From Phoronis australis (Eukaryota; Animalia; Phoronida), in assembly GCA_002633005.1 (NCBI GenBank), contig NMRA01000312.1, forward strand, positions 455,194 to 519,193: a stretch of DNA of 64,000 nt, read 5' to 3'. The notes under the pieces were generated by a model. That model saw only the letters and a list, made by a program, of their open reading frames with translations. It was not told the DNA's origin and made no database searches. The position numbers were made by a program, and so were the translations under genes. Below are positions 29,201 to 44,200 of the stretch, piece by piece. Each line of letters starts with the position of its first letter. Positions within the stretch are counted from its first letter, which is position 1.

Positions 29201-32200
29201 CAAAGATGATGGCTTATCGTCTGCTTTCGTTGTTGCTCACGAGACAGGACACGTGTAAGAGAGCATTTTCTGTGTTTTTGAAAATCATAATCAATCCACC
29301 AACATTCTTTAGCAATCTTGGTGACTAAAAAAGAGGTATCTATCTGTCAGGGGTGGAATTCGAACCCACACCTGGTAAACCAGACTGCGACCTGAACACA
29401 GCACCTTAGACCGCTCGGCCACCCTGACAACGTAGCTTTAATTATCGACCCTGGGATCAGTCTGAATTAACATCTGCCTTCATACCAACAAAAGTGTTTT
29501 TATCGGGAACTAAATAAGTGCGCTGAATTATAGGTTGTCTCAGAAAAAAGCTTGCTCACACTTCATATTCTAGTTAAGTTCATTTAGTTACGGTCTTGCA
29601 ACGCCCCAAATAGTCGCAGTGGCCGCAATAGGCTATGTATGCTCCCACGTATAGTGGTGAAACACACGCTTTTCATTCGTGTGATTTTGCGAGATCCAGG
29701 TAGAGTTCATTTGCTGTCTCATTACTTGAATAATCTAGGCAAAATCACGTGTTCTCATTTAAAATATATGACAATATTTCACGTAATCTCACGAAGTTTT
29801 GCTTTTTAGCGAGGTCCTAGCATAGGTCCCAGCGTTACTTAACTCTGAGGTACCTCGACTTACCTTGGTTTTTTCCGTATAAACTAGCTCTATGGAACGC
29901 TCTCGGAACAGCATCGTGGTCGATTGATTTGTTAATTGACTAGGAAAGTTGTTACTGCGTTGCACGAGAGAACAACTCAACAAGTCACGTACATAGATTT
30001 ATGTAGTATCATTTAGCGCTAACGTTTGGAAAGTGCCATGAATTGTGGATACGGGTAAACAGTCTGCTACCGACAAGAGAACCTTAAACATGCATTAGCA
30101 AGAAACTATAGGTCTTAGAAACGCTCTCCAAAATGGTGTCGTGGAAACCACTAAACAATTTGCCATTGCTCGAAGAAACTCAATACACATGCATGGACAG
30201 GTAACTAGGTCTACCATGGGCGGCGCAGCACTGAATAAAGTGGAAAGGCCTATAGCCCCCCCCAGCCCCCTATAGACCATGGGTGACGCAGCAATGAAAA
30301 AGTGGGAGTTATGCCCTCCCCCAGCCCACTATGGTGCGCTGCCTCCTCACGGAAGGCTCTCCCAGTAATGGCCAAAATGGCGTCGTGGAGACGAGCAAAC
30401 TGAATTTGCCACTACCCAGAGAACCTGAAAGATGCACCGGCCAAGTGTAATTTTATACTGAAACTGGAACATGTAATGGAAAACTAATGAAGTCTGAACA
30501 TAATAAAAAATGATGCGCTTTCAGTCCCGACATCATTTTTAAAAACTACACGAATTTAGCGTAGCTCAACTTTGATTTGGTTATGTGCCAGCAAATGGCC
30601 GCCACAGTGAATGGCACATAACTATTATTTATGAATATTTCAAACACTGATTGCTATATACTCAAATACAATTTACGGTATTTTACGTATTTTATTTATT
30701 TTGTCTTTTTATCGAGTTCTAATGAGACGAAAACAAGAGAAGAAATGCCCTAACTATTGCTATTACAGAGACAATGATACCTTGCTTACGAGATCGCAAA
30801 TTTTAGGAGTTTTGAATTGACTTTACGTTAGTATGCTTATGTTTTATTTTGACATATGGCATCTGTTTCGTGGTCTCTCTGGAAACAGGTCGGGCTCCTG
30901 TTATTAATCTGATAACATTTTCCTTCAGTGTTGAGCAAGAACGATAACTTTTTGGTTTGCGATTCGTTACCAAGTAACTTAAATTTAGTGTCTGAGCTCA
31001 TTCGGCGGTGTCATTTTACAACACCGTCTTTCCTTTCCGCGCATATCACAGAAAAAATCTCGAAAGCCAAAACTGCGCTGGTGAGATGCAGTCGTGCGGT
31101 GAGTAAAAGTTGGGGAATCTCTCCCAAGAATATGTTCTGGATTTACACTGCTGTTGTCCGACCTACAATGTCTTATGCTGCGTCAGTATGGGTGACAGCG
31201 TCAAAACAGTACAGTTATCAACAACCTTAATCAGCTGCAACGTCTAGCTCGTTTGTGCATTGCCTCTGCTTTTCCAGGAACGCCTTCTGCAGCCCTAGAA
31301 ATGCTAATAGGTCTACCACCACTGTACATATAACTATAAGCGCTTCGTCTCAGATATAATGAACAGTGGGTGAAAACTCATATCCCTGGGTCCGGGTTCT
31401 AATCTTTTTGCTGGAAATGGAATTCGAAATTATGTTTTGCATTTTCCACTCTACTTTTGTGGGAACTCAAGATAAGTGTCTATTATTCTATGCTCGAGTA
31501 CATAATGACATACGTGGATATTTTTTTAGTCCTAGTTTACGGTTGATAAACCCAACATTAAGGCTAAAAGTTGGAGTTTGAACTCGAAATTTCGAGTTTT
31601 TATTCGAGTTTGTAGCACGAATAGAAGGATCATCAAGTACAAACTTGGACTAGAAACTCATATGAGTAAACTATAATATATTCGAGCAATAAGCTAATGG
31701 CCAAAACACGGCAACTACGGAACATATCTAGTGATGTCCAGATCACAGCTTTAAATCATTCAAACAATTTCTTCACGGAAATTGGTGATGGCTGGCCTAC
31801 CGCAGAACACAAGATTGGTGGTTGTTGATATGGATGGCTCTAAAGTGGAAAATGGTCAGGCAGGTGCTGTAGTCTATTTTCCAAGCCTTCTAATTGCATA
31901 CGCAGAAAGCTGGGTATCGCTAGGCAATCTTGCCACGATATTCCGGGCTGAGGTCACTGCAATTAATAGAACTGCTCAACTGCACGACAATATAACACCG
32001 AGCTATCACCTTTTCAGATAACCATGCAACAATAAAAGCCCTAAAGAAACCAAAGACAGTACTCGTTGTGTTAATGCTTGCATTAATGAGCTTAACAATC
32101 TTGCAGTTGAAATTAGAACCGTCAATATACACTGGGTCAGGGCCCATGTGGGAATTGACGGCATTAAAAATGCAGACAGACTCGCTAATACATGAGCCAG

Positions 32201-35200
32201 CGTTCTGCATTGTGTACCTGAATCTGCTGTCCCGATATCCTACGGATGCTGCAGATGAGTATACACAACAGGGTACATACCCAGTCAGCAGCCCAGAGGG
32301 CATCGCATAACTCTTGCAGAGAAAACAAGGAGAATTTTCCCAACGTGATCAAACCAAAAGATTCAAAAACCCTCTGAGTCTTGATATATTGGACATAAGA
32401 CACGTGTCATTCAAATTTTGACGTTATCTGTGCATATGGATAGCCCAGTGTGTCCCGAGTGTGGTACTGACGTTGAAACCCCTAAACATCTGGTAGAGTC
32501 TTGCCCAGCCTTTTATAAGCTAAGGAGCAAGCTACTGGATGGCACTGTTACATGCCTACAACACATAGTGCATGGCAACAAAAACTAGAAACGTCTGTCA
32601 GTTCTCTTGTAGGAGACAGGTTGACTAGAAAACTCTCTTCACTAAGCGCATGTTCGTGCTCTAATAGTTTTAGCCCAGGTGTTTAGTGCAGTGGGCCCAA
32701 CCAGCCTGTGCACATCTGCTGCAAAGGCTGTGCACAACAAATGACATTAGACCCTTGCATTGTTTTTTCTTTCTTTTTTTTCATTCGGCGGTCTTCTTGT
32801 CTAACAAAGGAACGAATTTTATAACAGGTAGATAAGACAAATAAAAAGGAATGTCAGGGGTGGGATTCGAACCCACGCCTAGAGAACCAGACTGCGACCT
32901 GAACGCAGCGCCTTAGACCACTCGGCCACCCTGACCACTGATAGGCCCATTTTAACATAGTCGTAAGTATATAATACGAAATGAAATCAATATAATATAA
33001 TCGTCAGCGATATGACCATGGCCCATCTTTGTAGAATACATAAATTGCCTACAACTTAACAAATTCACTGTAGGATTATATCGGATATTTTCCGGAATAA
33101 CGAAGCGTCTCAACTTATGAAGTAATCGACGTGCATGTGTGGCTTGCTCAATTTTCTCTTCGAACGTACAGGAAAGCTCTTTTTGGCGCTCTCTGGGCTT
33201 AATTTTACATCATTTATTGCCAATTATATTGTAATAAACATTTTAAAATAATCACTGCTTAATTGAAGTGCAGATACTCCTGCTGACAATTTCGAGATTA
33301 AATCGAACGTCAATAAACTTTTACTTGAATTTTCCCTTTTCCCTAAAAGTGAGAAAGTGACGTCATCAGAACTGATAAAACTGCACATGCGTTTGTCATT
33401 GGATAATCTAACATTTACCAACAACGATGGCTAAATGTCGCACACAGCTCCACATCAAAAAGGAGAATGAAAGAATGATCAAACTTGTAAAACAAATGAA
33501 ACAAAGTCATTGATGGAATCGGGTGATTGATTTCGCAACAGATCAAAATGCCATCCTTTTTATGTTTCTCACATTGCAGGCTAGGAATGGAACATGATGG
33601 TACTCGTAACAGCTGTATACGTAAGGTGAACGAGGGGAACATCATGGCGGCTCTGGTGCAGTCCAACTACGACGGGTTCTATTGGACGGAGTGCAGCAAG
33701 AAAATCCTTACTCACTACATAGAGTAAGTTGAGTTGACGAGACCGAGCTGAGCGCCGTTAAACGGTTCCCGTTTTAAAGCCAGCGCTTGTGTGCAACCAA
33801 TTGTAGCCTCTCGTTCTAGCATTGACGTCGTTTTAGTAAGAACTGATCTATGGTATGTTTTTCTCTTTTTCGACGCCACTCTGCGATTGTGACTGGGGCT
33901 CACCAGGGGTCTATCAATGGTCAAATAGGGATCAGTTTATATTTGTCCATTAGCACAATATACATAAGCGGATCCAGGGGTGTTCGAATCCCCCCTTTTA
34001 GCCAAAACAGCAAACAGAAACAACGAGAAACTAGACGATTTCTATTTTTTTCGTCATTTGTAGCTGTGCCCAGAGATCAGGACACTAAATTTCATTATCT
34101 TGTTCTCTACTCACTGTTTGTGATGTAGAATTCTCTTTAAAAATCATATTGTTTTAATTTGACCTCCTCTTTCATAAAAACCTGGATCCACATTAGATGT
34201 AGAAGTGGCCCACCACGAGGTTCCCATGAACCAGTCAGGCCCGCTTTTGCCTTTCCACTTATGCCCTGTTTGACATCATAACATTGCGTAATACAGTCAA
34301 CATTCTGCGATGCATGCTTAGATCCATACTTTTGAATGTAATTTCAAGTCGGTGGCAGTTCGCAATCTATGGAACTTCCGCTTTAGAAACCGTGTTAGAG
34401 GTACATCAGAGCCTCAAGTTCCCATTCCAAAGCCACGTAAGGCATTATGCAAATTCTACTGTGTCGTGAATGCTTGCTTCGTCTTGAAAATAATATAAAC
34501 TCATGACCTTCATCAAAGTCATAGGTTAGATTCGATGTCATTGTGTCGTCATGCATTATCATTTGCGCTTTCTACGTCGATCAAACATGGCGAACACTGT
34601 AATGTTAATGTTTTAGTATACGTTTGGCTTATCAGCTTGGAGTGAGCATATTTCCGTGAGTGGCATTTCTACATTTATGGATAAAAATTAACTTGTTTTT
34701 GTTATACTTTAGTAGCCGTTTTATTCCGTCATTCAAAACCGACCTTGTGTGAAGAAAACTTCATTTCCAGTTCCTATAAGTGTCTACGAGACAACCCCCA
34801 CGAGAAGTCTTTCACGGAAATTCTTGAGCCTTATGGAGTCACATGGAGCCTGAGCGAGCAATGTAGACAAGAGTTTGGTGAGGGGTACGAGCTGTGCTGG
34901 GTGGTAAGTAAACAACGTTGGAATTTGATTTTAGTTGCACCCTTTTGTTATTGTCATCATAGTTCTCAGTCACAGTGAAGCCAGTCCGAAAATATCTAAA
35001 GTACGAAATGTTACTAACTGCGTCACAAAAAATAACTTTTCATTTACACCATTTACCGTTATGGAATGGGTCTCAAGTTGTTTCGTATGCAAATTAGACC
35101 AGGCTCTACAAGTCGACCAGTCACGGCGAGCATGGTCTCAAGCAATGAGGAGTTGTTAGTTTATTCAAACCCAAATATCACTTCAAGTTGAAATCAGTTT

Positions 35201-38200
35201 TATGGTGGTAACTGGTCCAAATCAAAAGTAAAATGCCATGAAGGAACGTCGGTGTACAGACTCTTTAATGTTGGTCCCATTTTCATCATGATATTTTTAT
35301 CTTTATCGTAATTACCATTCTGTGTAATTATGCAGTTTAGGAGTATGAGTCTAATGGTGACAGTCTCACTAATTTTCATTGAACTTAAACAGTATCGCCG
35401 ACAAAATCCATGTAAGCAGTTGTGGTGCGGAAATATCAGAAATCCGTCGCTGTGCAAGACCAAGAAAGGACCGCCATTACCAGGCACAGCCTGCGCAAGG
35501 AATCGGGTGAGTAACGCGCGAAATATAATTCGCTTTCCATCTACATGCAGTATTTGAATACCATTTCAAAGCATGGTCGTGACAACAGACAGTTGTGGAG
35601 AGAGATTGTGGAGCAAATAATGAGTTTATCGACCTCTTCATCCTGTAACACAATATTGCCTCCCGACAATCACTTTCTGTGGCGGCCATTTGCTTCTGTT
35701 GGCTAGTAAGGTTGTGTTCCGTGATAAATATTTTCCCTCGAGAGTTTGTTGCGTTACAGAGCAGGTGCCAGGGTAGCACTAGGACCTCGCTAGAAAAGCA
35801 AACCTTCTCGAGATTACGTGAGATATTGCCGTGTATTTTAAATGAGAGCACGTGATTTTGGCTACATTTTTTCTCGCCGAGAGACAGTTACTGAATTCTA
35901 CCCAGATTATGCGTCAAATTGGCGTTATTTAATCTATGACTGGTCATCAGTTCGAACAGGGATGTTTTGTGATGACGAATCTGCCACTATAATGACGCGA
36001 TTTGGACCCATAAATAGGTTTAGACTAGGCAGTGACCATCGCCTCTGTTGGCCCGAACCAGAGGCGATGCAGCTCCTATAGGCGCTCTGTACGCCGGAAG
36101 CTTTTCGGCGAATTATGCCTCGCACCGACTAAACATCAAAGTCACGTTGTTATAAATACCTTTTGCGCATAGAGGAACACCTGAGGAGGTTGTCGATGTG
36201 TTTAATTCCTTCCAATTCGAACAAATACTCCCATTATCAAACTTTTTCTTCGAGCAGTCCCTATTTCAGTTCCCAAAATCGTGAACTCACCATTTTTATA
36301 CTGCGCACGCTCCAATTTTTACCGCGCTCGCTAGGTGATGTGACTTCGTGACCTCAATCTTTAAATAGGCCAAAGGTGACCCATTGCGGTCTTGTCAGTC
36401 AAATGTTCGTTTCCAAAATGCCACCACTTATACTTGTCTTTAATTGGCGTTACTTGAAACTGATTGTATTTCAATGAATTATTGTTTGTATTTGATAAAA
36501 ATAAATGCTGTTGATATGACATTTAATAGTCTTTGTGCACATATTTGACATTTTAATGTTTAACAACACGACAAATGCACGGCTGGTTCCCGGCAGCACG
36601 TACGCGAAGGGCGGGAACTTCAACTTTCAAAGTTCGCCGGTAGGTCCGCAACTTCTGACCTTCGGCCTGGTTAAAAAAATGAAAATGTTGATTTCACGAT
36701 TTTGGGAACTGAAATAGGGACTGCTCGAAGAAAAAGTTTCATAACGGGAGTATTTGTTCGAGTTGGAAGGAATTAAACACATCGACAACCTCCTAAGGTG
36801 TTCCTCTATGCGCAAAAGGTATTTATAACAACGTGACTTTGATGTTTAGTCGGTGCGAGGCATAATTCGCCGAAAAGCTTCCGGCGTACAGAGCGCCTAT
36901 AGCCTCTGCATCGCCTCTGGTTCGGGCCAACAGAGGCGATGGTCATTGCCTACGTTTCGACATGCTCAGTCACGTCGCGTTTCCAAACTTTTGCAGATCT
37001 TGGAGGATTTTTCCGATTCAAATAATCGTTGGGGCAATTTAGCAGTTGAATTTTTGCAAAGTTATGTATTTCCGTTAGTCGGTGTGCTCCGACAACGATT
37101 GCACCCATTTTATGCTCCTGAGAGTTGAAAAGGATTAAGATTAACATGGTCCATTACCAGGTAACAATTTTCGTAGTGCTTAGTAATTTACAGCGCTAAG
37201 TAAATGTGGACTGATTATTCTTATTTCTTTTAATTTTGACATTTTAATTTATTTGAGTGGGTCCAAAAGATCAAAATGACGTCATTCTAAGCAACCGAAT
37301 TGCATGGAAGAAATAGTCACTTCGTTTTCGTTTGCAGTTGCAGCAATTGCCAATACCACATACCGGTATATAAGATTGTACAATAAAAAATAAGCTTTTA
37401 TTAAAGTTTGATTGTCGATGCGCTCATTTTTGACAGAATGTGAAACGCCGTTAGCGATAATAGGCAAAAAACATAAAATCCGGAATATTTTGTGTTTATT
37501 TATCGTTATACATCGCGGTCTATCTTTTTAACAATTTGTTTTCATTCAAAATGTTTAAGTTTATTTTTCAAATGATGTGCCTTGTGTTTGTTATAGTGGT
37601 GTACGGAGGGCAAATGTGTACCCAAAGACTCTTCTAAAATTATGTCGTCAACAAAGAAGCATCTTCCAGCGGTAAATGGCGCTTGGTCACGTTGGACAGA
37701 ATGGGGTGACTGCTCGCGGTCTTGTGACGCCGGAGTCAAGTACCGCACGCGACGATGCAACAACCCTGCGTGAGTGCATTGGCACATACTTTCTATCGCC
37801 ATTTACATTGAAACCAGCATGTTGAATATGTGCACTCTGTATTAATGGGGTGGTAATCGAAACCTTACCAAGGGCCGCAGAACCCTTACTGAGGTAGCAC
37901 ATTTACCACGCACAACACGGTTTCTGCACTAAATTGTGCGTCATTGTGGGTCATTGAGTTTTTTGTGCGTGGTAAGATTTCTTCCTGTCTGTGGTGTTTG
38001 TGGAGAGTGCTAAAAATTCTCTTCCAAGGCAAGTGTGTGGACTGTGAAATCCTGTAAAATAGAGTTTTTCTTTGGGCGGTGCACCACGTATTTCAGAGCT
38101 GCGCCGCCAATGTTTATACATCCAATGTAAAGGGCCTCAATGTTCCGCTGATCTCAGTGTCCAGCCTCCACGTAATTGGTTTCTAGCATCTGACAATTCA

Positions 38201-41200
38201 CTGTTGACATTCAAATACATAAGGGTGTGACACTGGGTTCAGTAGACACTCTCTCCTGGTACACCGGAGTCTTGTGGATGACTAGCTTATCAAGTTATTA
38301 AATTTGTCAACTGCATTTTAGGCCTGCAAACTACGGAAAGGAATGTGACGGGAAAGAGTGGCAACACTCAACATGTAATTTACAGGTAACTGTCGCATGA
38401 AGTAACCAGCCTGGCTGTACTATGAACTAACGTAACTGGAACAATATATTTGTGTTGTTGGAATACAAAACCTGTAAAAATACGTAACTTTTATAGAGTA
38501 TCGCAGATTGACAACACTTCTCTTTCTTAGACCTCACGTTTGTTTTGTCGTAACTATTATAGGCATGTCCTGAAGGAGAAGCTGATTTCCGTGAGGAGCA
38601 GTGCAGGTCGTACAACTTGGGAAAGCAGTCTTGGCGACCGGCACCGCACAAAAGGCGTAAGTGGTTTTGGCCGCGCAACTTCAACTGCACTTGTCGGTGT
38701 AAATATTCCAACTGTTAAAATTACTAGTTTCATCTGCATTCTAATTTGCTTGTGCGGCGTGTTTCATGAAAAGTCACTGGAGTCATAAGTCAGAAGTTTC
38801 TTCTAAAACGTCATACATGTATTCGGATAAATAATTTAAATCGGAGAAAGCACAAAGACCAGCTTTTCATTTAGATCACTTGCAGTTGTGGAATGCGTCT
38901 CAAATTGTTCCATAGTCAAATTAGAGATGATTTCAAGGCTTAGAAAGATTTAGTAGTGGTAGTTTGTCGTTGCTTGAGACCGGACTCTACAAGCTGACTT
39001 GTCACGGCGTGACATTTTTTTGCGCAGAGCATGGTCGCGTGCAATAGCGAACTGTCAGTTCTTCACAAGACCAAAATCACGTCTCATCTGAGTTATGCTA
39101 AAGGTGAGGCCAATTTTATAGTAGAAGAGGTATAAATCAAAAGTTCGCTTCTCGGCGGAACGCGGATTTATAGCCGATGTGATCTCCGTTTAGCAAATTA
39201 TAAAGTGTGTGAGAATACATGCATAATTCTTAATTAATCGGGTAATTTGTAAACGTCATTGCTGATATGTGATGTGGCAACAATAACATTCATTAAATAA
39301 TAAAGGAACAGGTTTCATAAACAACTGTAACTAATGTAACTAGATCTTATAAAAAGGTAATACGTTCCGTAGAGCTCACACGTGTCCGATGTTATCCAAG
39401 TTATATAGACGATTGGGAAAACTACAAATTTAGTTGCCGCTTGCCTAAACTGGAAATGCACTAGTTGGAGTCAGACATCTAATTCAGCTGACTCTGTGTT
39501 GACGTCATGCCCCCCGGATTTTTTTTTTGTTATAGCAATTAACATGGGTGGCGCAGCACTGAAAGAAGTGGGGGTCTATAGCCCCCTATGGTGCGCCGTC
39601 CATGAATTAAAGGTTTTGGTCTGAGCAAATTACAATGGGAGGTCGGAATGTTTGCCTGTCATTATAACTGTTTCGATAGGATGATGTTGTTTCTTGTCTT
39701 TTACGGAAATTTGGGCATCCCAGTAACGTGTTGAAGAGATCAGCCTCCCGTTCAGCAACGCTAGGACCTCGCTAAAAAGCAAGAATTCGCGAGATTACGT
39801 GAGATATTGCCGTGCATTTGAAATGAGAACACGTGACTTTGACTAGATTTTAGCTAGGTCCTAGCGTAGGTCCTAGCGTCTACTGAACGCACGCCAGGTG
39901 TGCGTACAGTAGACCCAAACATTTCGTCAAAAACCAAAACCACGCAAAATCCCCCGAATGAAAGGCGAGTGTTTCGCAAGTATGCTCAAGAACTTGCTTG
40001 AGTAGCCCAGCAAAATGACAGACTCTGAAATGATTGGTCGGTGAGGATGGAATGTTGAAAATTATGGGAGAGAAGTCACCGTTTTCGCTTCATAAGCGAG
40101 GCATGACTTATGTCTTGGATCAATGGAGTATGCTATTTGTAACGTTGAGTAAAGTCTCTTAGCATTGTTATACCTATCGCCAGCAGTTTTACTGATCATG
40201 ATGACGACGACAACGATGAAGTCGGAGATAGGAAAATTGGGGATGGTAGAATGAGGACTATAGTTAATGTGGTGACACATTGGTGGTGCTGGTAGTAGTA
40301 TTAAAAATGTGGTGACATTGGTGGTGTTGGTAGTAGTATTAAAAATGTGGTGACATTGGTGGTGCTGGTAGTAGTATTAAATGTGGTGACATTGGTGGTG
40401 CTGGTAGTAGTATTAAAAATGTGGTGACATTGGTGGTGCTGGTAGTAGTATTAAAAATGTGGTGACATTGGTGGTGCTGGTAGTAGTATTAAAAATGTCT
40501 GAATCGACCTCGTGAAATTCAGCCTTGTCCAAATTTCTTACTTCAGCGGATGATATGTGTAAGCTCACGTGTGTAGAAGAAAACTCGGGCGACATGTTTG
40601 TCAGCGAGGATTACGTCATTGACGGAACACCATGTTCGTATGACGACCGTTACAGCATATGTGTGAAAGGAAAATGTCAGGTATGTTTGAGATTGCATTA
40701 GAATGCTAGGATGAATATAGAAGGACGGTCTGTGACATTAGCTAAATAAAGTCACTGTTTTCCAAATAAAATACAAAATGATGTGATAAAAAACAACTTG
40801 CTCTAACCCGTGTGCGAAAAGAAAAGTCTGCAAAATTTATGTAGTTTTAAATTTGGTTTCGCCAAAGTTTGAATGTAAACAGTGGGCAGGATAAACGCTG
40901 TGCTGTCTTTCAAGCAATACTAAGATAGTGTTGAGAATGCGCCGACAGTTCGTAAAGAACGTTATTTTTACATATACGAAAAATAAATAGTCATGATGAA
41001 AATCTGATCCATTGAAAAGATAAGTGAAATTAAGGGATGCCAGGTGGCCGAGCTTCTTTCCTATTGGCGCAACCAAAAAACAAAAAAGCAAAGCATGCCG
41101 TTTTCAGGCCATTCCAACAATTTCCTTTAAAAATAGTGGTTTGCACTAATTTTGCGACATCTTAAATACGATTTAAGTTTTCTGCACCATTACTCGATTA

Positions 41201-44200
41201 TCATGTTGGACACTAGATATGTGTTCGTCAGTGCCAGCGAGAAATGAGACTGAACTACAATTAGTAGTCAGCAATGCCCGCAAATAATCTGTAAGTTCGA
41301 GGGAAAATACGAAAAGCACTGTAGAGTATAGCCAGAATACGACAATACCGACAGTTAACAAGGTCTGTATGGGTGATTTGGAGACATTTCTTTAATCATT
41401 AGAAAGACTACGTTTACCACTCCAAGGCGGGAATAACCAAATTCGGTTTCTTTATTTTTCCCATAAATAAATTTCTAAACACCACTCCCGCCAAAATGAA
41501 GGAAACTGAACTTTCTCCGTGTATGGGTGGGCACAGGTTGTTACCGACCGGTGCCACGATAAACTGAAGACTGGCTCGAGTTAATCACTTTTAATTTCGA
41601 CCGTACACTCACATGTCTACTCAGACAAAATGTCAGACGTAATGTCTGTTCTATGCTCCAGCCAGTGCTGCGAAGCCTTGGCTTGTGATGAATTTCTGAG
41701 ACACTTTCAGCAACTGTTACACTCGTTGATTCAATAACCTGCTGTGTCTATGGCTGGCACCCTATTGACTAACGCTGTAACTGTTGACTCTGTAACCATA
41801 GACTATAGTACATAGACTACCAACTCCGTATATTTTCAATGTACGAAATCTGTGCTCTTCCGTACAACGTTATGTCGTTATTCACTAGCGACACCTGGCC
41901 AATTTATGTGGTATTATTTCCGGCAAGTACGTCGTCTGCTAATTTTGGTCGGCTGTTGTGTGCTCGGGTGATGGTAGCATTGCTAAAAGTACTCACGATA
42001 CCAATAGTTCTACTACCTTAAGATTTTGAACAGCGTGTCAATGCCGAAAATATTACTTTGTTTTCGTTGTAATGGACATTAAAATAGATGCGAAGATTTC
42101 CCGTCACAATACACCAACCGTTAAATGAACCAGATAATTTAGGAGAGTGGCGCCGCCTCTTGATAGTACGGAAGAAAATGTCGGAGTTGCAAATCTGTTG
42201 TCTATAATTTATGCTGTAACTGTATCTTCAACTTTAAAAGGGAACTGTATTTTATTTTGAATAAATTTTGCACAGTTTTCTTTGAGTTGTTGATTAATTT
42301 CACAAATAATTCAACAGCAAACTTATATTCTCTAACAAAGCTAAAAACCATCCGCTTGGAGCGCTGCTTCTTGTGACGTATTTGGTGGGGTAAATTCGGT
42401 GTCCTATTTTAACGTGCAGTCAAGTAGCGTTCTTCAAATTGCCGGAATAAAAAAATTTTAGTGTGAAATGTCGGGTCACCACGGATACCTCTTTGAGCCG
42501 AGGAAACACAAAGTGATACCCAGTCGTCGAGATCGTCAGACGAAAATTTGCCGGTGCAACCAGTCCGTAACAATTTACATTGGTGTGACTGTTGGCAGTG
42601 TGGACTCTAGCCAACCAGCTAGCTGCCAGCCAATACTCAGCTTTGTAAACTTGAAGGGTTGGTTAGTTACTGACTATAACTGCATGAAGACTATCGTACC
42701 AATTGTGTTGACCTCCGTTAGATCCCGAAATTTCACACAGCCGTTGATATATTTAACTTATGCTCGTTACCTCGTCGCAAAACTTAAATTAACATGCAGA
42801 GCTAAAGGACCCGCGAGGGTGCATGTAAAATCAGGTAGTCAACCGACACTTACCTTTTTCGTTGCAGCCGTTTAAATGGAAAACAATCAAATAAACGTCA
42901 TTTTGTAACAATGAAAAGTGTGTCTTCCGTTTCAAAAACAGCACGCTCGTGACACGGCGCCCGCGCAATTTCCTAAAATTTTGCGACGTCTTTCGGGATA
43001 TGATGACAGCTTAGCAGCAGCAAGGTTTGTTCTGAAATTCGGTTTGATCGTACTAAAAACTTGTAACGAAATGAAACAAGTTCCGATAATTTGTTGTGAC
43101 ATGTACGCAACATTGTGCCGGTGTCGCGTGAAATTTCTTCCCCGTGAAATTTCTTCACAGCTGATAAAAGAATCAGGGAGAAAAGAAACAAGTCAAGGTC
43201 AGGTGACGTAATCGCTAAAAGCCGACTCAGGAGAACGCATCACAATTTCAGCAGCAGCCAAATAACGACAGAACGCCAACTTTTCCAACACCGGTAAATA
43301 CGTTATAGTTTACTCAAGGAAGAGAGTACTTTTGTGACACTAATTTTGAGTCAGATTTTATTTGTTCATTTTTGTCCAGATCGGCACAAACCTGTATATT
43401 TAGCATACAACTTTGAGCCAAGACTAGAGCAACCGACGGTATGCGATGACCTTCCCCTTAGAAGACACCTTTTTCGAAGAGTTCGAACAACCAGGAGCCA
43501 TACAAAAAGGCATGGCGAAACTTTTACAGCACTGTGGCAAACAGTAAAAATAAGAACGGCTGATACAATGATAAAATACGATGTAAACTCTTCACAATAT
43601 GACACAGCAATATGTGATAAACAGTCGAGGCCCCACCAGCCACGTCACTGACATGTCAGCCAATCAGTGATCGATGTCTGGATTTCAGTCTTTTGACAAT
43701 AACAATAACTATGAATGAGCTTTTGTTTACTGAGCGCGCAACTCGGAAAAATGTGAGATTCATTTGTATGTTAGAATCGGTTAACTGCTGCATCATTTTT
43801 ACTACAGTGCCCTTTTAACTCGACTCAATTTCAAATGGGTTTAACCTACTTTCAACTCTAACTAACTGCCACTAACCCATGCCGGGGTATTTGTAGTCTC
43901 TTACAATGTTCTGGAAGTTTTCACCAATTCAAGGACATTTTAGAACTTTTTAGAATCTACCCAATCATTCTCCAAACTTATACTAGGCTCTAGAATGTTC
44001 TAGGTTATATTAATCACTAACATACTGGAACTTCTAGAGGTTTCATTGCTATTCTATTGTAACCAAAATACATCACCACTGTCCTGACGTCGTGGAACAT
44101 GTCAATCAAAAACTGTCTGTTCGTACACAGGCAGGACAATAAAATAAAACTTACTAAACTAAGACCAGTGTCAGTCTACTCCTGACAAGAATAGATTGGT

